From Desulfomonilia bacterium (GTDB lineage: Bacteria; Desulfobacterota; Desulfomonilia; UBA1062), in NCBI GenBank assembly GCA_049975365.1, contig JBNGDS010000005.1, positions 17,541 through 76,995 on the forward strand: a stretch of 59,455 nt of DNA, read 5' to 3'. The translations under genes and the position numbers were made by a program. Under the pieces are notes generated by a model, which saw only the letters and a program-made list of their open reading frames with translations, was not told where the DNA came from and ran no database searches. Shown here piece after piece: positions 31,182-40,008 of the stretch; the first letter of the stretch is position 1, and every line of letters begins with the position of its first letter.

Positions 31182-31394
31182 TCACACTCCTCAAGAACCG
31201 CCGTACCCGACCTGTACGGTTCCTCCCTCCACAATGACCGGAACAACACGTCTCCCGCCCGAGAGCTTGAGCATCTCTTGAAGCTTGGAATTGTCTTTCT
31301 TCACATCGTAGTACGCAGCTTTTGACCCATAGGCCGACCTGGCCTGGTCTGTATACGGTCAACCTGCCTTTCCGTAGATGATGATGTCAGACAT
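31182..31394 (-). CDS. glutaredoxin-like selenoprotein candidate (Sec at codon 12; possible second Sec at codon 68)
   Basis: GGAGG-N7-ATG. Translation: MSDIIIYGKAG-TGA-PYTDQARSAYGSKAAYYDVKKDNSKLQEMLKLSGGRRVVPVIVEGGTVQVGYGGS-TGA-GV-TGA. The first TGA (31361-31359) sits where glutaredoxins carry the CPYC active-site Cys. If the second TGA is a true stop, the CDS is 31191..31394. Confidence 0.7.
31324..31349 (-). promoter_or_regulatory. candidate SECIS hairpin 1
   Basis: In minus-strand RNA, 9 nt after UGA: GACC-AGGCC-[AGGUC]-GGCCU-(AUG bulge)-GGUC. The apical loop contains GGUC, as in the E. coli fdhF SECIS. Confidence 0.6.
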
Positions 31395-31424
31395 ACAACG
31401 ACCTCCAGAATATGGGTACTGATG

Positions 31425-31453
31425 GACTATAGCGTGAGAGAAACGAGAGGGCA
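31425..31453 (-). promoter_or_regulatory. sigma70-like promoter candidate for the glutaredoxin-like gene
   Basis: On the minus strand, TTGCCC-N17-TATAGT lies ~30 nt upstream of the ATG. Confidence 0.45.
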
Positions 31454-31495
31454 AGGGTATTCAATGCCGGAACAGCTCAGGAGAAGATTCTTCTC

Positions 31496-32752
31496 CTATG
31501 TCCATTCACGCTTGTCCACAAGTGGCTTTGCATCCCCCGCGATGCTTCCCGGCGCAACAAACTCCACCCGGTCAACCTTGACCGTACAGATTTCCTGGAA
31601 CATCCGTTCAAAGTGCTCAGGAAAACCGATTCTGTCGATCTGGGTGTCCCGCGGATCGATTCGTGCAGTCAGGATATCCCGGTGACCTTCCCGTTCTATG
31701 ACAAGCTGCATGGAGGTGCCGGGAAACGTTTCTGCGAGATGTTTCACCTGGCTCGGGGCCACGAACATACCGCGTACTTTCACCGCATCCCCCACGCGTC
31801 CCGCGATGCCGGCAAGCCGGAGACTCGTCCTGCCACAGGGGCATGGTTCTACGATCAGCCGTGAAAGATCCCCGGTCCCGAACCGAAACAGGAAGAACTG
31901 TGAATTCAGGCGGGTCACCACCACCTCGCCCAACTCTCCCTGACCGACATGTCTCCCAGTTGCCGGATCAACGAGCTCAACGATCACCTCCTCGCAGATA
32001 TGCCATCCATTTTTTTCTGGACATTCATAGGCGACATCGCCCACTTCGGTGGCCCCGTACATCTGATAGGTATCGATCCCGAACTCTGTATCAAATCGCT
32101 TCCGCAGCGATGGTTGGAGAGGCTCTGCAGCAAAACACGCCCGTTTCACGGAAAAGTCTGTCGCGAAGGAGTAGCCCATCTCGTGGGCCTTTTCGATGAT
32201 GGCAATGAGGAAACTCGGCGTACCGGTATATCCGGTAATGCCGAGGTCTTTGATGAGCTGAACCTGCTGCTGGGATGACGATGTGCCCGAAGGAACAACA
32301 GTAGCGCCCACACGGGCGAGGCCGCCATGAAAGGTAAGTCCGGCCGCTACCATATGGTAGGAGAAGGCATTGAGCACCACGTCGCCTGGTTTGAAACCAG
32401 CTGCCGCGTAGGCACGAGCCCACAGAGGATCATGAGATCCCAGATGTGGTTCATACACCGGACCTGGTGACGTGAATATTCTCTCGATGGGGGCTCCAGG
32501 GTCCGTAAGCCCTCCAAAGGGGGGATCCTGTGCCTCGAGTTCCACAAGCTGTTCCCTGGTTATGACCGGCAGGCGTACAAGGTCTTGTATTCCCTGAATA
32601 TCTGATGGGGTCACTCCCTGCTCGTCCATCATCTTTCTGACCCGTGGAGAGCGCTCATACCCAAGGCGAACCATTTCAGCAATCCTGGAGTTCATGTATG
32701 CATCGCGTTCATCTCGTGGCAGGGTTTCTTTTTCATCAAAATAGGTTGACAT
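31496..32752 (-). CDS. PaaK / coenzyme F390 synthetase-like adenylate-forming enzyme (phenylacetate--CoA ligase family, divergent)
   Basis: ~420 aa with YGATE, FGTGD and GRVGDAVKVRG motifs. Start at the ATG (MSTYFDEKE) preceded by GAGGAGG-N6. The tracked ORF extends to 32782. Confidence 0.7.
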   Translation of the reverse strand: MSTYFDEKETLPRDERDAYMNSRIAEMVRLGYERSPRVRKMMDEQGVTPSDIQGIQDLVRLPVITREQLVELEAQDPPFGGLTDPGAPIERIFTSPGPVYEPHLGSHDPLWARAYAAAGFKPGDVVLNAFSYHMVAAGLTFHGGLARVGATVVPSGTSSSQQQVQLIKDLGITGYTGTPSFLIAIIEKAHEMGYSFATDFSVKRACFAAEPLQPSLRKRFDTEFGIDTYQMYGATEVGDVAYECPEKNGWHICEEVIVELVDPATGRHVGQGELGEVVVTRLNSQFFLFRFGTGDLSRLIVEPCPCGRTSLRLAGIAGRVGDAVKVRGMFVAPSQVKHLAETFPGTSMQLVIEREGHRDILTARIDPRDTQIDRIGFPEHFERMFQEICTVKVDRVEFVAPGSIAGDAKPLVDKREWT

Positions 32753-32854
32753 ACCGTTCCTCCTCACAAGGTAGTTGTACAATGCCCCGGGTACGTGGTC
32801 AATGGAGGAAGAATTCTACCTGTACACCGCACCGAGAGACAATCACCACACTCC

Positions 32855-33658
32855 CTATAACCACCTCTTGCGCCGTTTGTAGGATTTTACGTCGCGATAT
32901 GACCTGGCGGTGCCCCCTGCCCCTACGCCGAGGTAGAATTCCTTCACGTCCGGGTTTTCCCGCAGTTCATGGGAGGCGCCTTCCATGACGATCTTGCCGT
33001 TTTCCATGACGTAGCCGTAATGGGCGATCTGCAGTGCCATGTTCGCATTCTGCTCCACAAGGATGATGGTGGAGCCCTGTTCCTCGTTGATCCTGGAGAT
33101 GATCCGGAAGATCTCTTTGACCACCAGCGGAGCAAGACCGAGAGACGGTTCATCCAGCAGCAGGAGTTTCGGATGGGCCATCAAGGCCCTGCCCATGACG
33201 AGCATCTGCAACTCACCCCCGCTGCAGTATCCTGCCAATGTTTTCCGTCGTTTCACCAGAGACGGAAAGTAGTGGTAGACCATCTCGAGATCTCGCTTGT
33301 ATGGTTTTGTCCATCTGGTGGCGGTGCCGACCCTCAGGTTTTCCTCCATGGTCAGGTACTTGAACGGCTGTCTCCCCTCGAGGACCTGGATGATACCCAG
33401 TCTGGTGATCTCTTCAGGGGAAGAATTCTGGACAGGGACACCATCGTAAATAATCGAGCCTTCGGTCACTTTCCCGTTCTCGGGTTTGAGGAGGCCTGAT
33501 ATGGCCTTGAGGGTCGTCGTCTTTCCGGCTCCGTTACTCCCCAGGAGCGATACGATTCGATGTTTCTCAACAGACAGCGACACCCCCTTGAGCACCTGGA
33601 TCACGTCCGAGTACACCACGCTGATATTATTGAGTTGTAGAACCGTTGTATCCTTCAC
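32855..33658 (-). CDS. branched-chain-amino-acid-type ABC transporter ATP-binding protein (LivF-like) with a basic C-terminal tail
   Basis: GSNGAGKTT Walker A, LSGGE signature, LLLDEPS. GTG 33658 follows AAGGGGGTGG just after the livM-like stop. ORF-track start is 33694. Confidence 0.85.
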   Translation of the reverse strand: MKDTTVLQLNNISVVYSDVIQVLKGVSLSVEKHRIVSLLGSNGAGKTTTLKAISGLLKPENGKVTEGSIIYDGVPVQNSSPEEITRLGIIQVLEGRQPFKYLTMEENLRVGTATRWTKPYKRDLEMVYHYFPSLVKRRKTLAGYCSGGELQMLVMGRALMAHPKLLLLDEPSLGLAPLVVKEIFRIISRINEEQGSTIILVEQNANMALQIAHYGYVMENGKIVMEGASHELRENPDVKEFYLGVGAGGTARSYRDVKSYKRRKRWL

Positions 33659-33675
33659 TCGACCACCCCCTTGCC

Positions 33676-34746
33676 TCAGTACGAGAACGGCCACAACCTG
33701 AAGTTCGAGCGTACAATGCGCCAGAGTTCAGCCAGTCCCTTCGGTTCGAAGAGGATGAACAGGACAATGGCAAGCCCGAAGGCAAATTCCCTCAGGGAGG
33801 CCAGGTTGAGTCCGAACCCCTTGAGGATACCCATGTTCATGAATGTATCAGTTATCCCCCGGAGGACCTCGTTCAGACCGGTGATGAAGATTGCCCCGAA
33901 GATAGCGCCCGGGACACTTCCAAGGCCTCCAATGATGACCATGGCGATATATTCCACTGACAGCGAGAGCGTGAACGGCTCCGTGGTGATGCTGATCATG
34001 TAGTATGCCCAGACAGACCCCGCAATACCTGCATAGAATGAGCTGATGGCGAATGAGAGCAGCTTGTAGGGAAAGATCGGAATCCCCATGCCCTCTGCGG
34101 CACGATCGTTGTCCCGAATGGCTATGAACGCCCTGCCATAGCGTGTGCGCATCAGGTTTACCGTTAAAAAGGTAACCATCACGAGAATGGCATAGATCAC
34201 ATAAAAAAAATGCCTGTCTTCACTCATTTCGATACCCAGGAGAGATGCTGTGGGCAGCGTTATCCCCATCGTCCCTCGAGTGAGACTCTCCCAGTGGAGG
34301 AGTACGTATTCGATGATGAACTGGCCGGCCAGCGTTGCGATGGTCAAGTAGAGCCCCTTGAGTCTGCCTGAGGGGATTCCGAAGATCATGCCGATGCCAG
34401 CTGTGATCAGTCCTGCAGTTGGGACGGAAAGCCAGAAGGGAAACCCAAGTCGCGTGGCCAGTATTGCACCCGCATATGCCCCTACGCCGAAGAAAGCACC
34501 GTGGCCAAGGGATATCTGCCCTGTGAATCCGATGAGGATGTTGAGCCCCATAGCTCCGATAGCAGCGATCCCCGTCATGTTGATGACATAGAGCAGGTAT
34601 GGACTGCTGGCAAAGGGAATGATCCCGAACAGGACGAGGAGCCCTATGAAGAGCCAGAACCGACCGAAATCGGTCTCAAAGATTCTCAGCTCCTCAGCGT
34701 AGCGTTCCCGGTAGTTTCCGCAGGGATGAAAGCGCAGCCTTTTCAT
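33676..34746 (-). CDS. branched-chain-amino-acid-type ABC transporter permease (LivM-like)
   Basis: Polytopic membrane protein with GQISLGHGAFFGVGAY motif. Confidence 0.9.
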   Translation of the reverse strand: MKRLRFHPCGNYRERYAEELRIFETDFGRFWLFIGLLVLFGIIPFASSPYLLYVINMTGIAAIGAMGLNILIGFTGQISLGHGAFFGVGAYAGAILATRLGFPFWLSVPTAGLITAGIGMIFGIPSGRLKGLYLTIATLAGQFIIEYVLLHWESLTRGTMGITLPTASLLGIEMSEDRHFFYVIYAILVMVTFLTVNLMRTRYGRAFIAIRDNDRAAEGMGIPIFPYKLLSFAISSFYAGIAGSVWAYYMISITTEPFTLSLSVEYIAMVIIGGLGSVPGAIFGAIFITGLNEVLRGITDTFMNMGILKGFGLNLASLREFAFGLAIVLFILFEPKGLAELWRIVRSNFRLWPFSY

Positions 34747-34761
34747 ATCGGCATCTCGTGG

Positions 34762-35640
34762 TTATACCCGCTCGATCTCAACAAGACCGAAGAGCCCATA
34801 GGGTTTGATGAGCAGGATGAAGACCAGGATCACATAGGGCACGACATCCCGAAGAGACGGAGAAATGTACCCGCAGGTAAAGGTTTCCAGGAGCCCGATG
34901 ATGATGCCACCGATGATGGCGCCACCGATGCTGTCGAGACCCCCCAGGATGACAACGGGAAAGACCTTCAACCCGATGGAGGTGATCTCGTGGACATTGG
35001 TTCCATTGATGATGCCCAGCACGATCCCGCTCATGCCCGCGACAAGTGCAGCGATTGCCCAGGAGAGCGCAAATACCCGTTTGACGTGAACGCCTAACGA
35101 GAGAGAAGCCGTCTGGTTGTCTGCAACGGATCTCATGAAGATCCCCTGTGAAGAAAATTTGAAAAAGAGCCCGAAAAGGACAAGGAAAAGGATCCCGATC
35201 GCAGAAGAAGCAACGTAGACCGGTGGGATGAACAGAGTTCCAAGAGTGATCCCGATGCCTGCGGGAAGGAATTCTGGGTAGGTGTGGAGGTTCCCTCCGA
35301 AGACGAACAAGAGGAGTCCCTTGAACATTGACGCCAGTCCCACTGTGAGCATGATGACGAAGATGAGCGATTCTCCGATAAGGGGGCGGAGGAACACCCG
35401 TTCAACCACGAAACCGAGGACAAAGCTGCCTGCCAGGGTGATGAGGAAGGCTACGAGGATCGGCACGTGAGCCCAGGAGACCAGCACGAGAAAGACAAAG
35501 GCGCCGATGGCCATGAGTTCACCATGGGCAAAGTTCAAGACGCTTGATGACTTGAAAATCATGACAAATCCCATGGCGGAAAGCCCGTAGAGCAGGCCGA
35601 TACTCAGCCCGTTTATCAAAAGCTGGAAAAAGAATTCCAT
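34762..35640 (-). CDS. branched-chain-amino-acid-type ABC transporter permease (LivH-like)
   Basis: MEFFFQLLINGLSIGLLYGL...NFAHGE motif. Confidence 0.9.
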   Translation of the reverse strand: MEFFFQLLINGLSIGLLYGLSAMGFVMIFKSSSVLNFAHGELMAIGAFVFLVLVSWAHVPILVAFLITLAGSFVLGFVVERVFLRPLIGESLIFVIMLTVGLASMFKGLLLFVFGGNLHTYPEFLPAGIGITLGTLFIPPVYVASSAIGILFLVLFGLFFKFSSQGIFMRSVADNQTASLSLGVHVKRVFALSWAIAALVAGMSGIVLGIINGTNVHEITSIGLKVFPVVILGGLDSIGGAIIGGIIIGLLETFTCGYISPSLRDVVPYVILVFILLIKPYGLFGLVEIERV

Positions 35641-35680
35641 TCCCGTCCTCCGTTTGTGTCGTATCCAGTGTGTCTGAGAT

Positions 35681-37630
35681 TCATGACAGATGTATCACCC
35701 TCACCCTGGTTTCGATCATGCCGATCTGTCCATCCCGATAGCGGATCTTCCCCCTCACATTCACTTCGTCCTCCCCGGTGTACATGGCTTCAATCAGCTG
35801 GATATAGAGCCCGTACACAAAACGGCGTCGTACTTTTCCGGTTCTGGTGAGTTCTTCGTCATCTGCATCAAGCAGCTTGTACAGGAGGATGAATTTCCTG
35901 ATCCGCATGACCTCAGGGAGCTGATCATTCACCTTGATCACTTCGCCGAGGATCAGGTCCTCCACTTCCGGCCTCTGGGAGAGATCCGTGTAGGTGGTAT
36001 ATGGGATCATGCGATCTTCCGCCCAGTTGCCCACGTTTCCCATGTCGATATTGATGAGTGCAGTCAGGAATGGTCGTCCTTCACCGAAGATGACCGCTTC
36101 CTTGATGAACAGAGAGAATTTGAGACGGGTTTCGATGAAGTCGGGAGAGAAGGCATTCCCTTCCTTATCCCGTATGATATCCTGTTTCCTCCCGATGATG
36201 ACAAGATGACCGTCATCATCGAAGTACCCGGCATCTCCCGTGAGCAGCCAGCCGTTTTCATAGGCAGCTTCCGTGGCCTCGAAATCGTTGTGGTACCCGG
36301 TGAAGACGATGTCACTGGATACAAGGACCTCCTGTTCCGGGGAGATCTTCACGTCAATCCCCGGAAGTGCTTTCCCGACTGTCTCCGGCTTTACGTCTCC
36401 ATTCTCCTGAATCTGGAAGACACCGCAGGTCTCTGTCATGCCGTAGCACTGTTTGAGGTTCAGGCCAACCGCCCTGAAGAATCTGATGACATCAGGGCTT
36501 ATGGGGTGACCTCCCGTGTAGGCGCTTTTGAACTGGGAGCACCCCACACGATCGAGCAGTGGCCGAAACACCAGCTGTGATGCGAGCATATTGAGCGTTT
36601 TAAAGAAAAGCGGAATGGATTCCTTTCTTGAGATGCGTTCTTCGCAGGCCCTGCCGACCTTTTCCGCCAGGGAAAAGAGGGTCTTCTTGATGAAGCCTGC
36701 GTCGTCTATTTTCACGCGGATCGACGAAGCGAGATCCTCCCAGAATCTGGAGGAGGTGATGATGGTGTTAGGGCCGATTTCCCGGAAATCTCCGGAGATC
36801 GTTTCTCCGGTCTCGGGAAAGTTCATGGTGAGGCCCCCCAGGAGCGAAACGCCTGCCCCCCACATCTGATCCACGATCCACGCGGGGGGACTCATCGATA
36901 GCCAATTTGAGCCGATGGAAAGAGACTCCGCGTCGATCCATTTACAGGCCATTGACGAGAAGTTCCGGTGTGTAAGCATTGCGAGCTTGGAGATTCCGGT
37001 CGTGCCGGACGTCAAGATCATGAGGGCGACATCGTCAATCCTTCCCAGGGCGAGTTCCTGCTCGAAGAGATCCGGCCTCTTCGTGTCCAGGGTTTTCCCG
37101 AGCTCGAGGAGATCCCTGAAGCTGATCAGCCAGTCATTGTCCGCATAGGACCTCATGCCTGTGGGATCAACGTACACGACTTTGCTGACAGTGTTCAGCC
37201 GGTGCTTTTCCTCGATGAGTTTGTCCACCTGCTCCTGATCCTGCACGATGACAATGCGGGCCTGGATTCGGTTCAAGGCAGTGCTGAGCTCGGTAGAGAC
37301 CGCCGAGGTGAAAAGGCACAGGGTCACCGAACCTATGCACTGAGCTCCCAACTGGCTGAACAGCCACTCAGGGTGATTGTCCATGACAATTCCTGTGTTG
37401 TCCCCGCGGTTCACCCCAAGAGACTGGAGGCCGAGTGCCGTGTATTTTACATAGGAGAGATACTCCTCCCAGGAATAGGTCTGCCAGATGCCGTATGCCT
37501 TTTCCCTGAGGGCAGTCTCATGCCGTCCCAGGTAGTTTGCCTGACTGGTGAGTATCTGGGGAAGGGTGGATTGCAGATACGAATCCATGATGTCCCGTGG
37601 TATACGTCTGTGAGGGGATGTGTTGTTCAT
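35681..37630 (-). CDS. AMP-binding acyl-CoA ligase (long-chain-fatty-acid--CoA ligase-like)
   Basis: ILTSGTTGISK, YGMTE and GDAGYFDDDGHLVIIGRKQD motifs. The first 57 codons of the tracked ORF (to 37801) have implausible composition. Start more likely at ATG 37630 or 37588. Confidence 0.85.
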   Translation of the reverse strand: MNNTSPHRRIPRDIMDSYLQSTLPQILTSQANYLGRHETALREKAYGIWQTYSWEEYLSYVKYTALGLQSLGVNRGDNTGIVMDNHPEWLFSQLGAQCIGSVTLCLFTSAVSTELSTALNRIQARIVIVQDQEQVDKLIEEKHRLNTVSKVVYVDPTGMRSYADNDWLISFRDLLELGKTLDTKRPDLFEQELALGRIDDVALMILTSGTTGISKLAMLTHRNFSSMACKWIDAESLSIGSNWLSMSPPAWIVDQMWGAGVSLLGGLTMNFPETGETISGDFREIGPNTIITSSRFWEDLASSIRVKIDDAGFIKKTLFSLAEKVGRACEERISRKESIPLFFKTLNMLASQLVFRPLLDRVGCSQFKSAYTGGHPISPDVIRFFRAVGLNLKQCYGMTETCGVFQIQENGDVKPETVGKALPGIDVKISPEQEVLVSSDIVFTGYHNDFEATEAAYENGWLLTGDAGYFDDDGHLVIIGRKQDIIRDKEGNAFSPDFIETRLKFSLFIKEAVIFGEGRPFLTALINIDMGNVGNWAEDRMIPYTTYTDLSQRPEVEDLILGEVIKVNDQLPEVMRIRKFILLYKLLDADDEELTRTGKVRRRFVYGLYIQLIEAMYTGEDEVNVRGKIRYRDGQIGMIETRVRVIHLS

Positions 37631-37793
37631 TGGCGGTGTCCGAAGAAGGGTATCCCGTGTGCGACACATCTCCCACCAGCGAGGGACGAGGAAGGCTTGA
37701 ATTGAACGGGGACAGCAGTGTTCAGAGGAATGCATGCGGGAAATCCCCGGGATACCCCCTGCACAGATGCACATTCCATGGTGGAGTAACTCG

Positions 37794-38636
37794 TCATACA
37801 CTGGCCTCTATGCCCACATCGGCTGTCTCGCCGAGGTACGCTTTGATCACATCCGGGTGATCCTGGATTTCTTCCGGAAGACCTTCTGCCAGTTTCTCTC
37901 CGAAATTCAATACAACGATCCTCTCGGAAATGCTCATAACGATAGACATGTCGTGCTCTACCAAGATCATGGTCTGGCCCCAACCGCCGTGGAGTTCCAT
38001 GAGGAATCTGACCATATCCTCCTTTTCTTCAAGAGTCATCCCGGCAAACGGCTCGTCGAGGACCAGCAGACTGGGCTCCAGGGCAAGCGCCCTACCCAGT
38101 TCAACGCGTTTCCTCATGCCATAGGGGAGAGATCCAACCAGCTCCTTTCTGACGGATTGGATCTCGAGGAAATCTATGATCTCCTCGAGGATCTCACGGT
38201 GGCGTATTTCCTCCTTTCGTACAGACGGCAGGAAGAGCCCTGCACCGGGAAGGGTATACCTGCAGTGGATGTGACGGGCCAGCTGCATGTTCTGGAGCAC
38301 AGTCATCCCGGGGAAGAGCTCGATGTTTTGAAAGGTCCGACCAATCCCAAGCCGGGTAAGCTTGTGGGGATGGAGAGTCGAGATTGGAACCCCGTTAAAG
38401 GTGATTTCCCCCCCACTGGCACGATAGAATCCGGTGATACAGTTGAGCAGACTTGTCTTCCCTGCACCGTTCGGGCCGATCAAGGCGAACAACTCGCCGG
38501 TGTGGACCTGGAGATCGATGTCACTCAGGGCCTGTATCCCCCCAAAGGAGAGATACAGGCCGCTGATGACGAGCTCTGCCGTCTTTTTCCCGGCCTCACC
38601 GGTAAATATTCTCGGTTGCCCCCTGAATGCCCTCAC
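37794..38636 (-). CDS. branched-chain-amino-acid-type ABC transporter ATP-binding protein (LivG-like)
   Basis: GPNGAGKTS Walker A, LPYGMRKRVELGRAL, LVLDEP. Confidence 0.9.
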   Translation of the reverse strand: MRAFRGQPRIFTGEAGKKTAELVISGLYLSFGGIQALSDIDLQVHTGELFALIGPNGAGKTSLLNCITGFYRASGGEITFNGVPISTLHPHKLTRLGIGRTFQNIELFPGMTVLQNMQLARHIHCRYTLPGAGLFLPSVRKEEIRHREILEEIIDFLEIQSVRKELVGSLPYGMRKRVELGRALALEPSLLVLDEPFAGMTLEEKEDMVRFLMELHGGWGQTMILVEHDMSIVMSISERIVVLNFGEKLAEGLPEEIQDHPDVIKAYLGETADVGIEASV

Positions 38637-38650
38637 AGAGAAATCTCCCG

Positions 38651-39859
38651 TTACTTCACCAGCTCGATCGTGTCTTTGCCGGGGACAAAGAAGTTGGTCA
38701 GCGGAGTGAAACTTCCATCTTCGTGAATCTGCACGATCCGAGCCGTGAAGGATGCACCGTGATCTTCCGGGGTATAGGTGACAGGGGGGACAATTCCTCC
38801 GAAATCCTCTCCGGTGAAGGTTTCGAGGGCCTTATTGACAGTCTCGGGCGTAATCTCACCGAATTTCTCCTGCGCCCTCAGGAACGCACGCTCCATGATC
38901 ATGCCGACAACCACCCCCTCCCAGTAAGCGGCATCGAAGGACTCGACTGTCTTGTATCTCTGCCACAGCTCTTTCAGGACCTGGATGCCGGGGGTGTCGT
39001 CAGAGGGGAGCCCTCCCGGGAACTGCATCTTCACCCGATCACGGAGGAGGTCTTTCCCCATCTTGAAGAAGTCGGGATCAGTGGAGGTCCAGGTGCCCAT
39101 GAACACTGGATCGTAGCCGATACGATCGGCGCTTTTCAGTGCACTGATGATTGCTGCGGGAAGCATCTGCATGAAGACGTACTCAGCCCCACTCGCCTTG
39201 AGACGGAGCATCTCGGTCGTGAGATCTACGGTCTGGGGAGGGAATTCCTCGACAGCGACGATTTCAATGTTTTTCTGCTTCGCATACTCCATACTGGGCT
39301 TGTGGATGGATCGGCCGTAGGCATTGTTCCAGGTGAGCAGCCCCACCTTTGGAGGCGTGCCACCGGTATGGATTGCCGAGATGTACTCCAGAACTGCAGA
39401 ACAGTCGAGCTTGTAGCTGCCGAACGGGAGGTACATGTAGTCGATGGGTGGTTCCAGGATCTCCCACCCCGTGGAATAGTTGATGGTGGGGATCTTGTAC
39501 TTCTGAATCAGGGGTTTAACTGCGATACCCGCCCCTGTGCTCCAGGTGGCGATCATGTCAACCTTGTCCTGAACAGCGAATTTTTTCACTGCAGCAACCG
39601 CCTCGGGTATCTTGTACCCGGTATCTACAAGGATCAGATCCAGGGTTTGGCCATTGACCCCTCCCTTGACCTCATTCACGTACCTGAAGTAGTCCTGGTG
39701 TCCCTTTGCATGGAACTGACCCCACGTGGATGCAGGACCAGTCAGGTTGATAGCTGCCCCAACCTTGATGCTCTCTGCATGGACAGTCACTGATATCAGC
39801 AAGCAGAGCATCACCGCCAGTAGCCCGATAGATACATCCTGTCTCACACACCTGCTCAT
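38651..39859 (-). CDS. ABC transporter periplasmic substrate-binding protein (LivK/type 1 PBP family)
   Basis: Signal peptide MSRCVRQDVSIGLLAVMLCLLISVTVHA, then IKVGAAINLTGP. The ATG at 39859 follows AGGAGGGGAAAG. The tracked ORF extends to 39898. Confidence 0.85.
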   Translation of the reverse strand: MSRCVRQDVSIGLLAVMLCLLISVTVHAESIKVGAAINLTGPASTWGQFHAKGHQDYFRYVNEVKGGVNGQTLDLILVDTGYKIPEAVAAVKKFAVQDKVDMIATWSTGAGIAVKPLIQKYKIPTINYSTGWEILEPPIDYMYLPFGSYKLDCSAVLEYISAIHTGGTPPKVGLLTWNNAYGRSIHKPSMEYAKQKNIEIVAVEEFPPQTVDLTTEMLRLKASGAEYVFMQMLPAAIISALKSADRIGYDPVFMGTWTSTDPDFFKMGKDLLRDRVKMQFPGGLPSDDTPGIQVLKELWQRYKTVESFDAAYWEGVVVGMIMERAFLRAQEKFGEITPETVNKALETFTGEDFGGIVPPVTYTPEDHGASFTARIVQIHEDGSFTPLTNFFVPGKDTIELVK

Positions 39860-39927
39860 CTTTCCCCTCCTGTAACGCGTTTTTTCACTGCTTCCCATGT
39901 TCTTCTCCCTTCCGATGCAACGTGCAT

Positions 39928-39969
39928 AAAAAAAAAGCCGTAGGTAGACGCCATCGGTCTACCTACGGC
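39928..39969 (-). terminator. intrinsic terminator (attenuator terminator) upstream of the transporter operon
   Basis: In minus-strand RNA, a perfect 13-bp stem GCCGUAGGUAGAC / GUCUACCUACGGC with a 7-nt loop, followed by U9. Confidence 0.85.
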
Positions 39970-40008
39970 TTTTTCTCTCGAATTAGATCTCAGCCCGGCA
40001 GGTAGACC
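39956..40008 (-). promoter_or_regulatory. candidate antiterminator helix competing with the terminator
   Basis: GGUCUACCUGC (40008->39998, starting at the last base of the leader stop codon) pairs with GUAGGUAGACC (39966->39956), which is the terminator 5' arm. That is 11 bp including one G-U. Confidence 0.6.

Noticed and set aside
31168-31362. Tracked 64-aa minus-strand ORF (MTVYRPGQ...)
   Set aside because: It is offset by one frame from the glutaredoxin-like reading frame. It has a Cys/Arg/Gly-rich, low-plausibility composition and no SD. The other frame gives a clean glutaredoxin-like sequence.
31479-31497. Perfect palindrome AGGAGAAGA-T-TCTTCTCCT overlapping the PaaK-like stop codon
   Set aside because: No U-run follows it on the coding strand, so it is not a convincing intrinsic terminator. 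It may act as an mRNA 3' stabiliser, which cannot be tested from the sequence.
37648-37758. 10-bp inverted repeat GGGTATCCCG / CGGGATACCC, 91 nt apart, in the livG-ligase spacer
   Set aside because: A 10-bp inverted repeat within 100 nt is expected a few times by chance in 59 kb. There are no further copies in the window, and its status depends on an uncertain ligase start.
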